Shown: piece after piece, positions 21,807 through 29,064 of the stretch | Layout: each line of letters begins with the position of its first letter | Numbering within the stretch: position 1 is the first letter of the stretch | Origin: Alphaproteobacteria bacterium | GTDB lineage: Bacteria; Pseudomonadota; Alphaproteobacteria; Rs-D84 | Assembly: GCA_017616785.1 (NCBI GenBank) | Contig: JAFZXK010000009.1 | Location: 1,612 to 65,611, forward strand | Length of the DNA stretch: 64,000 nt | Direction of reading: 5' to 3' | Notes under the pieces: model-generated | The model's input: the letters and a program-made list of their open reading frames with translations, nothing else | The model's database searches: none | What the model was told of the DNA's origin: nothing | Program-made: the position numbers and the translations under genes

Positions 21807-22244
21807 TTAATCGCCACTGTTATTATTATCTTCATCGCCGTATACCTGTTGATCTTGGACCGTCCATAAACTGCATGTTGGGCTGTTCGCACAGGTCAAT
21901 TTTGATGTGGTCAATGTTGGCAAACTTGATACACTTCCCTTTAATGCGGATGCCGTTACCAATTTATTCGCATCTGTGTTTGCTGTATAAGTGCTTGGGT
22001 TATCGTATATTCCGCGTTCACCAATTGTACCGTTTCCGGTTGTTGTATATGTGACGACCGAAACGCCGGGCGTTCCGCTATTTGTGTTTGCCGCGGGTAT
22101 TTTGGCCTGTCTGGTTTCAACAGATGTATCAACATATGCCTTGGATGACACGGTTTTACGGTCCGTTGCCGTCGTTTCCGCGTATGCAATTCCGCCCATA
22201 AACACGCATAATGCAAATGCACATAATTTCCCAGAAATTCGCAT
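21807..22244 (-). CDS. secreted short protein A1 (N-module only, Asn/Asp-rich tail)
   Basis: Signal peptide and the same N-module as A2/B1/B2. GGGGAG RBS. It is the first gene downstream of switch A. Confidence 0.7.
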   Translation of the reverse strand: MRISGKLCAFALCVFMGGIAYAETTATDRKTVSSKAYVDTSVETRQAKIPAANTNSGTPGVSVVTYTTTGNGTIGERGIYDNPSTYTANTDANKLVTASALKGSVSSLPTLTTSKLTCANSPTCSLWTVQDQQVYGDEDNNNSGD

Positions 22245-22303
22245 GGTTCTCCCCTTTTTTCCTATGATTTACTGGCATACAAATCCGCTATTAAAAGTGT
22301 ATC

Positions 22304-22322
22304 AAAAACCAAGGTTTTTTTT
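22304..22322 (+). repeat. hix-like recombination site A-left (core AA at 22311-22312)
   Basis: GTATCAAAAACC-AA-GGTTTTTTTT. The gene-proximal half TATCAAAAACC resembles the Hin hix half-site. Confidence 0.75.
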
Positions 22323-22417
22323 ACACCACCACGGCGAAAAGTGCGAAATTTGTAATCTATTGTTTTTACTATGAAAAAAATTTTTGATTTTTTGAAAAAA
22401 GTGGTTGACTAAAAACC
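22313..22417 (+). promoter_or_regulatory. invertible cassette A; -35 TTGACT (22405-22410) faces away from operon A and toward the invertase gene
   Basis: The interior is the reverse complement of cassette B (1 mismatch over ~85 nt), while the outer flanks are collinear. Confidence 0.75.
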
Positions 22418-22429
22418 TTGGTTTTTTTT
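22411..22429 (+). repeat. hix-like recombination site A-right (core TT at 22418-22419)
   Basis: AAAAACC-TT-GGTTTTTTTT, inverted relative to A-left. Confidence 0.75.
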
Positions 22430-22538
22430 ATACCACTTAAAAAACGATGAAACCCTTATTATATCTTGCCTGTAACACAGGTGCCGATGTTTTTTCAGAC
22501 GCCTATTTTTAAGTCATTTTACACAAAAGGATAACACA

Positions 22539-23138
22539 ATGATTTATGGATATTGTCGCGTTTCAACCACGCATCAACACGAAGAAAATCAACATTTTGT
22601 CATAGAAAATTTTGCAAAGCAAAACAACATCAATATCGATTCTTGGATTGAAGAAAAAATTTCAAGTGGGCGAAAATTGCAAGACCGCAAGTTGGGCGCG
22701 CTGTTAAACGACCTTCAATCCGGCGACATATTGATTACCACAGAAATATCACGATTGGGGCGCAGTTTACTAGAGGTAATGGGAATTTTGCAAATGTGTC
22801 TTGAACGCGATTGCCAAATATGGACATTAAAAGAAAATTTTCGTTTGGGTACGGACATACAATCAAAAGTATTGGCATTTGCGTTTGGACTTTCTGCGGA
22901 ATTATCGCGTTCTTTGTTGCGCGACCGTGTGCGCGAAAGTTTGGCGCGCCTAAAAGCGGGCGGTAAAAAATTAGGACGTCCAATCGGCGCACAATCAAAG
23001 TTTTTGAAACTTAGTAAAAACAATGAACGAATAAATCTGCTAATAAGCCAGGGGATAAGTAAAAGTAAAATCGCGCGAATTATGCGCGTAAACAAAGTAA
23101 CACTTTACAATTATTTGCGAAACGCCAGTCAAATGTAA
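22539..23138 (+). CDS. small serine recombinase, Hin/Gin/Cin-type DNA invertase
   Basis: 199 aa with MIYGYCRVSTTHQ (catalytic Ser), ISRLGRS, and a C-terminal HTH (KSKIARIMRVNKVTLYNYL). Confidence 0.85.
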   Translation: MIYGYCRVSTTHQHEENQHFVIENFAKQNNINIDSWIEEKISSGRKLQDRKLGALLNDLQSGDILITTEISRLGRSLLEVMGILQMCLERDCQIWTLKENFRLGTDIQSKVLAFAFGLSAELSRSLLRDRVRESLARLKAGGKKLGRPIGAQSKFLKLSKNNERINLLISQGISKSKIARIMRVNKVTLYNYLRNASQM

Positions 23139-23199
23139 AAACCTAGATTTTATTGGCTTTATCGCTTGACATTTATATTATTTTGTCTATACTTTCCGT

Positions 23200-24237
23200 A
23201 TGCAAAATACAGAACTTTCTATTATTATTCCCGCCTATAACGCCCAAGATTATATTGTGCGCTGTGTGGGCAGTATTATTCGGCAAAGGGGCGCAGACCA
23301 GCATGAAATTATCATTGTTGACGATGGTTCAACCGATGACACACCGAAAATCTTGGATGCCGCCGCAGAAATATATAAAAACATTCGCATTATTCATCAA
23401 AAGAACGGTGGCGTTTCGGTTGCGCGCAATGTTGGAATTGCGGCTTCGCACGGAAAATATCTGACCTTTGTCGATGCCGACGATATGGTGGGCTTGGATG
23501 TTGCGGCATTCGATAAATATTTTGATCAAATTTCACGCAAACATATTGGATGTTTGGATACCTTTTATAACCCCATAAGCGTTATCAATCCATCAAAAAA
23601 ATATTTTGGAGATAAATATTTTGTAAATATGTTGCAGGTCGCATACGATACAAAAGCAGATGTTGTTCTTGGGGGTAAAATCGCAATGCATTATGATGAC
23701 CACTGTATGATCCGATACACTTATGATTCAAAAATTGTTCGAGATTCAAATGCTAAAGATGAACTGTTATTTGAGGCGGATGCGCGCGAAAGCGCGAACT
23801 TTGCATTATACAGTCGTCAAATGTTGAATAAACATAACTTGCGATTCTTGGCAAATATGAACTTAGATGAAGATATGTTATTCTGTATGTTGGCGGTATT
23901 ATATGCACCAAAAGTTGCAACTGCTCCTGATGCAACATATTTTTATAATCGTCACATGAATACATTATCCAATATACCCAACAAAAATATTTATAAATTA
24001 AAACACGAAATTGCACAAGTTCAAAGATTTTCCGTTTTATTAAATGAAATTGCAAAAATGCCACAATATATGATCAAGGAAATTTTTGGATACTGGACAC
24101 CCTACTATATTAATGCCGCCGATATCAAAGGTATAGATTGCAATTATTATACTTGTACACAAAAAGATTGTACCAACTGTCCTGTGGCAAAATCTGTTTT
24201 GACACACTGCAAAAAGACCATTGAAAAATCTCTATAA
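23200..24237 (+). CDS. family 2 glycosyltransferase
   Basis: LSIIIPAYNAQDYI...IIIVDDGSTDDT...DADD, the GT-A/GT2 signature. Confidence 0.8.
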   Translation: MQNTELSIIIPAYNAQDYIVRCVGSIIRQRGADQHEIIIVDDGSTDDTPKILDAAAEIYKNIRIIHQKNGGVSVARNVGIAASHGKYLTFVDADDMVGLDVAAFDKYFDQISRKHIGCLDTFYNPISVINPSKKYFGDKYFVNMLQVAYDTKADVVLGGKIAMHYDDHCMIRYTYDSKIVRDSNAKDELLFEADARESANFALYSRQMLNKHNLRFLANMNLDEDMLFCMLAVLYAPKVATAPDATYFYNRHMNTLSNIPNKNIYKLKHEIAQVQRFSVLLNEIAKMPQYMIKEIFGYWTPYYINAADIKGIDCNYYTCTQKDCTNCPVAKSVLTHCKKTIEKSL

Positions 24238-24279
24238 AAAATACCGAACATGCTGGTATGTAAATTTTCTTAACTAAAA

Positions 24280-24301
24280 ATCCCGCATTCGCGGGATTTT
24301 T
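24280..24301 (+). terminator. rho-independent terminator after GT2 gene
   Basis: Hairpin ATCCCGC-ATTC-GCGGGAT followed by TTTT. Confidence 0.7.
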
Positions 24302-24316
24302 ACTAACGAAAATTCA

Positions 24317-24393
24317 TGGTGCGAGCAAAGGGGCTCGAACCCTCGACCTCAACCTTGGCAAGGTTGCGCTCTAGCCAACTGAGCTACGCTCGC
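24317..24393 (-). tRNA. tRNA-Gly (GCC)
   Basis: GCGAGCGTAGCTCAG...; anticodon loop TTGCCAA; CCA encoded. Confidence 0.95.
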
Positions 24394-24454
24394 ATTGCCT
24401 GCACATTTTTACACACAAAAATCCAATTTGCAAGCGAAAAAATAAACCCAATGG

Positions 24455-24474
24455 AAAAGCCCCATTTGGGGCTT
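24455..24474 (-). terminator. rho-independent terminator
   Basis: Hairpin AGCCCC-AAAT-GGGGCT followed by TTTTCC on the minus strand. Confidence 0.6.
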
Positions 24475-24477
24475 TGT

Positions 24478-25452
24478 TTAGAACCACTTCCATGGCTGCA
24501 GCAGTTTTAGCATACTCATCGCTGTACGTTTATCCGCAAACGCATGACCACAACGCGGACATACGATAAACGGTGCGATTGTCGCTTTGTATTTGCCACG
24601 CATAAACATCCAGATATAAAGACCTAGTAACCATGCCGCGATTACAAATCCCCAAATGACATAGCCGAAATACTTGTTCACTGTTTTGATGATCGTCTGA
24701 ACAAAGTCCAAATTAGAATTCACCAATTCACGATAAATTTTGCGCGCGGTTGGCCAAGACGACGGTTCCCACGGGTACACATGTTTCAAATCATATTTCG
24801 TGAACAGCATCGCAACGGCCGAATCCATTTGGCTTTTGATTGCGGCATCGATTACTTTATCAACCTCTAACTGCGTCACTTTGGTCAGTTCTTTTTCAAC
24901 GCCGTCCAGTTTTTCATTTACCATTTTTGCGACATTATCAACCCGATCAACGGCCGCATTTGCTTTATCCACCGCACCGTCCGCGGTATTCAACGCGTTA
25001 TCGACCGCGTCAGTATTGATTCCAAACCGGTTGGCAAGTCCCGTTAGGCCCCGCACACCGGATGTTTGTTCCTTTACCTTTGCGGTTTGTTCTTTGGCTT
25101 TGGATGTTGTGTCGGTTACTTTGTTCACCTGATTTTCAACCATTTTAACCTTGTCAATCGCAATCGCAACGGGCTTTTCAAGATTTATCGCGTTTTTAAT
25201 TCCGTTCAGCATTCGTTCGTATTGTTCCGCGACATTGCGTTGCAAGTCATAGAAAATTGCAACAACGGTTGACTGCTTTATTGAATCAGAATATTTGTTT
25301 TTGACATGCAACGGGAACCACACCACGAACGCAAGCCATATTATCGAAACGATGATAAAGATGCGTTTCGCATGTGTCACCACAGATGTTTTCTTTGCGA
25401 CGGTTTTCGCACCACCGCGGTCGATTACTTCGATTTCTTTTTTCTTTGCCAT
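24478..25452 (-). CDS. membrane protein with long coiled-coil region and C-terminal CxxC
   Basis: 324 aa with an N-terminal TM helix, Ala/Val/Asp/Lys heptad-like repeats, a second TM helix, and FIVCPRCGHAF. Confidence 0.5.
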   Translation of the reverse strand: MAKKKEIEVIDRGGAKTVAKKTSVVTHAKRIFIIVSIIWLAFVVWFPLHVKNKYSDSIKQSTVVAIFYDLQRNVAEQYERMLNGIKNAINLEKPVAIAIDKVKMVENQVNKVTDTTSKAKEQTAKVKEQTSGVRGLTGLANRFGINTDAVDNALNTADGAVDKANAAVDRVDNVAKMVNEKLDGVEKELTKVTQLEVDKVIDAAIKSQMDSAVAMLFTKYDLKHVYPWEPSSWPTARKIYRELVNSNLDFVQTIIKTVNKYFGYVIWGFVIAAWLLGLYIWMFMRGKYKATIAPFIVCPRCGHAFADKRTAMSMLKLLQPWKWF

Positions 25453-25498
25453 GTTGAATCCTTTCGTTTTACGATTGGATTCTTTAACATTTACAAAA

Positions 25499-25538
25499 TA
25501 AAATCAACAGGCAATTTTGCATGCCTGTTGATTTTTTA
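25499..25538 (-). terminator. rho-independent terminator
   Basis: 12-bp stem AATCAACAGGCA/TGCCTGTTGATT with T-rich tracts on both sides. Confidence 0.6.
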
Positions 25539-27464
25539 TTACATGTGTTTTTCTTGGTTAGTGGCAATTATATGCGGAAGTATTTCATCGACATAATCGG
25601 TGTGAATAACACCAGATACTTGTCCGGCTTTATTAAACAACAAAATATTTTTTAAATAACAGGTAATACCATCCGAAACCTGCCCTTTTTGATCCCGCGA
25701 TAAAACAAGAAAGTATGAATCATATCGTGATTCTCGTATCTCATAATGGTCGCATTTGATTGGGGACATTTTTTTAGGATTTAATACCATTATACCATTA
25801 TAATCAACATTGGCACGCATAACTTCTATTTCCATATCTGTGACATCTTTGGAAAATAATTTTGATGGTTCCCATTTAAGATTACCATCCTGCTGCATAT
25901 CTTGCACATCATCCATCAAATAGTCCAAATTATACCCCAAATCTTTCCATGGATATGGGAATTTGTATGTAGTTTCTAATTCATCTTTTGATTTTGTTTT
26001 TTTGTATTTTACACGGGTCTCTGTATAGTCATAATATATGCCTGCATCTTCGTCAACAAAATCATAGGCAACGCCGATATCGCTGTTTATTATTCTTGTG
26101 GTCCCGGGGCTTTTCATATATATTGTTGGGAATTCTATACGACCCATATTACTCCACAACAATCTTGTTTTTAAATCCGTTGGGAATATTGCCGGATCTT
26201 CCGTGACTTCGGGTTCAATTTGTTCCGTTTTTGTGTTCAGGCTTGATATTGTATGAACATTACCACAATATACAAATCGCAAAACGTCAAAATCAGGACG
26301 TTGCGCCCAATATTTTATATGCCCCAGTGTACCGTTCAAATGCATTTGACGGTTTCGAATATAACCTTCATCATCAAAGAAATGAAGAGTTGAGCCAACT
26401 TTATATTTATTAAATTTCTGTATAAATTCTGGGTCCGAAAAATCTGGCATCATGGACCAATGTTGTTTTCCAAATTTACCATTCTTAACCAGTTCTGCGA
26501 TTTCTTGTCCGAAAACATTTAGAAATCTATTATATATTGTCTTGCCATCATGATGTATGGTACGATAGCTAGTTTTGTAGAACTGACAAGAGCGACCACC
26601 CCAACACTCTAACTTTCCAACGCCCCATGCACGCCAAGCCCTAGGACAAGACAACCCTCTGCTTATAACCGGACAATCACTGGGTTCCCACTCTAGTTCT
26701 TCTTTATAAGTATATGTTTCAAAATTCTTTTTATAATCTGGATTCGTTATTTTTTCCTTAATGTGATTGGCATATTTTTTATACTCGGCCGCGTGTTCGC
26801 GTTTATATTTAATGGATTTCTGATTATAACACGCCCCATCATAACACAATGAAACAGGTTGCCATTGTTTGGGTAATGGTTGCCCCGAACCAATAAATTT
26901 TACATTGTAATTAAACAAGTCGGCATCTTCCGTGCCATCATTTTTTCTTTCAACAGCCACCGCCAAATATAATGGATGGCCATTTTCGTCATACATTTTA
27001 TATTGTTCATAGAAAAAACATGACCCCAGTTTTAATGGTTGCTTGGTATCTATTTCGGATATATCGAATGGAATATCTTTGCGAATATCTTGGCTTTCGG
27101 GACGATTATAAAAATACATCCACCATGCACGGTCCTCTTCATTTCCCAAAGTTTCAATTTCTTTTTTGAAGTTGTATAAACTTGTGCCGAGATTATTATT
27201 TTTGTTATTAATTTTATCATAAACGGTACAATATATTTGGAAATTTGAAACACGGTTCAATAAACGGGTCAAAACCTTGGCCTCGTACGCACTGTTCACA
27301 AGGTAAGAACATTTGTGCAGCACGCCAAACCAATTGAACGCAAAATTACATTCATTTCTTCGCGGGTCATCATAATAACAATAACGACCATAATAATCAA
27401 TTTTACCAATTATGGGGCCGTTATAATTCACGGGGTCCCATTCAACAACAAATGCCTTGCTCAT
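25539..27464 (-). CDS. large orphan protein (641 aa), no signal peptide
   Basis: AT-rich and Tyr/Trp/Cys-rich. The ATG at 27464 is preceded by AAGGA. No recognised domain. Confidence 0.55.
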   Translation of the reverse strand: MSKAFVVEWDPVNYNGPIIGKIDYYGRYCYYDDPRRNECNFAFNWFGVLHKCSYLVNSAYEAKVLTRLLNRVSNFQIYCTVYDKINNKNNNLGTSLYNFKKEIETLGNEEDRAWWMYFYNRPESQDIRKDIPFDISEIDTKQPLKLGSCFFYEQYKMYDENGHPLYLAVAVERKNDGTEDADLFNYNVKFIGSGQPLPKQWQPVSLCYDGACYNQKSIKYKREHAAEYKKYANHIKEKITNPDYKKNFETYTYKEELEWEPSDCPVISRGLSCPRAWRAWGVGKLECWGGRSCQFYKTSYRTIHHDGKTIYNRFLNVFGQEIAELVKNGKFGKQHWSMMPDFSDPEFIQKFNKYKVGSTLHFFDDEGYIRNRQMHLNGTLGHIKYWAQRPDFDVLRFVYCGNVHTISSLNTKTEQIEPEVTEDPAIFPTDLKTRLLWSNMGRIEFPTIYMKSPGTTRIINSDIGVAYDFVDEDAGIYYDYTETRVKYKKTKSKDELETTYKFPYPWKDLGYNLDYLMDDVQDMQQDGNLKWEPSKLFSKDVTDMEIEVMRANVDYNGIMVLNPKKMSPIKCDHYEIRESRYDSYFLVLSRDQKGQVSDGITCYLKNILLFNKAGQVSGVIHTDYVDEILPHIIATNQEKHM

Positions 27465-27517
27465 AATCGTGTCCTTTTGCGTGCATAATAGCATAACACT
27501 TTGCTTTGTCCAGTTTT

Positions 27518-28627
27518 TTATGCACCGGTATAATTTTTTATAAACTCTGCCTTAAACTCGGCAAAGCGGCCCTGCTCTATTGATTCGCGGATGCCGCGCA
27601 TCAGGTCTTGATAGAACCAAAGGTTATGCCCGGTAAGCAGGGTTGCACCCAAAATTTCATTGCACTTTATAAGGTGGTGCAAATACGCACGTGAAAGTTT
27701 ACATGCCGGGCAGCCGCATTTGTCATCCAAAGGCGCACTGTCGTCGCGATATTTTGCGTTGCGCATATTCATTGTGCCATGGCGCGTAAATGCCATTGCG
27801 GTACGGCCCGCACGCGTTGGCATAACACAATCGAACATATCAACACCGCGTTCGACCGCGCCCAATATATCAAGTGGTGTTCCAACACCCATTAAATAAC
27901 GCGGTTTGTCCGTCGGCAACATTGGCGCAACCGTCGCAATCATATCAAACATAACACTTTGTGGTTCGCCGACCGCAAGGCCCCCAATTGCATACCCGTC
28001 AAAACCAATTGCCGTAAGGTCCCGTGCAGATTTTTCGCGTAAATCCGTGTAATCCGCACCCTGAACAATGCCGAAAATTCCATATCCGGGGCGGTCAACA
28101 AATGCATCTTTGCTGCGGCGCGCCCAACGCGTAACCATATCAACATTTTTCTCGGCGCGGGCACGCGTTGTCGGCAATTTCAAACACTCGTCCAAAACCA
28201 TCGTAATGTTCGAATCTAGTTTATGTTGAATATGAACGGAATCTTCGGGGCGCAAGAAATGTTTAATTCCGCCGTCAATGTGCGAAGTGAATTCCACGCC
28301 GTCTTCCCGCATCTTTACCAAATTCGAAAGCGACATAACCTGGAACCCGCCACTGTCGGTCAAAATTGGCCCATGCCAACCGCTAAATTTATGCAGGCCG
28401 CCCATTTGTTCCACCAAATCGCCACCGGGGCGCATCATCAAATGATATGTGTTGCCCAAAATAACCTGGGTTCCCGTCGCCGCCACTTGGTCCATGGTCA
28501 GTGCCTTGACCGTTGCGGCCGTTCCAACCGCCATAAACGCGGGCGTTTGAAAAGTTCCATGTGCGGTTTCCACCGCGCCCCGCCGCGCATTTCCATCAGT
28601 TGCTAAAAGACAAAATTTTAGTGACAT
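27518..28627 (-). CDS. tgt: queuine tRNA-ribosyltransferase
   Basis: GTFQTPAFMAVGT, ILTDSGGFQV, and the zinc site CGCPAC...H. Confidence 0.95.
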   Translation of the reverse strand: MSLKFCLLATDGNARRGAVETAHGTFQTPAFMAVGTAATVKALTMDQVAATGTQVILGNTYHLMMRPGGDLVEQMGGLHKFSGWHGPILTDSGGFQVMSLSNLVKMREDGVEFTSHIDGGIKHFLRPEDSVHIQHKLDSNITMVLDECLKLPTTRARAEKNVDMVTRWARRSKDAFVDRPGYGIFGIVQGADYTDLREKSARDLTAIGFDGYAIGGLAVGEPQSVMFDMIATVAPMLPTDKPRYLMGVGTPLDILGAVERGVDMFDCVMPTRAGRTAMAFTRHGTMNMRNAKYRDDSAPLDDKCGCPACKLSRAYLHHLIKCNEILGATLLTGHNLWFYQDLMRGIRESIEQGRFAEFKAEFIKNYTGA

Positions 28628-28632
28628 GTTAA

Positions 28633-29064
28633 TTATCTCCCTTCGTCTGCTTTGTCGTACCATAACTCTCTGACAAATTGATCCAAATTACTTGTATATT
28701 CTCTTCGGACTGTCATTTCCCTCTCTTCTAACCATAGAAGTGCTTGGGTCCAATCGCCTGAATCTTGGCTATCATGTATTCCTTTCATGTGCGCCGTAAA
28801 AACCTCTATATATTTTCGTACACCGTCCGGACACTGTGGGTCAGACAAAAATTTTGACAAAAAAACGCCTACAACTCCAATATCTAGGTGATTTTTGACA
28901 GCGGCACCCCATAATTTATGTGTTTTTATTTTTGTTCTTATATAATTATTGTCTTTATCATCAAACCATACACCGAAATGAGCCGCATATCCAAATGGTG
29001 TCCCGGCATATAAATTTTTCTGTGTTCTGTCTTGAGCTAGTGTGACATTTTTTGCATTAATCAT
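28633..29064 (-). CDS. hypothetical protein wedged between queA and tgt
   Basis: 143-aa AT-rich ORF whose start overlaps the queA stop by 8 nt. Confidence 0.5.
   Translation of the reverse strand: MINAKNVTLAQDRTQKNLYAGTPFGYAAHFGVWFDDKDNNYIRTKIKTHKLWGAAVKNHLDIGVVGVFLSKFLSDPQCPDGVRKYIEVFTAHMKGIHDSQDSGDWTQALLWLEEREMTVRREYTSNLDQFVRELWYDKADEGR

Larger units (their letters stand above)
21300..22322. repeat. paralogous DNA block A (approximate bounds), duplicated at ~37860-38905
   Basis: Long identical runs, for example GTATACCTGTTGATCTTGGACCGTCCATAAACTGCATGTTGGGCTGTTCGCACAGGTCAATTTTGATGTGGTCAATGTTGGCAAACTTGATA, are present at both loci. Confidence 0.8.

Noticed and set aside
22371-22412. A 13-codon ORF (MKKIFDFLKKVVD) inside invertible cassette A.
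   Set aside because: It is too short, it has no RBS, and the sequence is dominated by A/T runs. It most likely arose by chance. At most it is worth a glance in ribosome profiling data.
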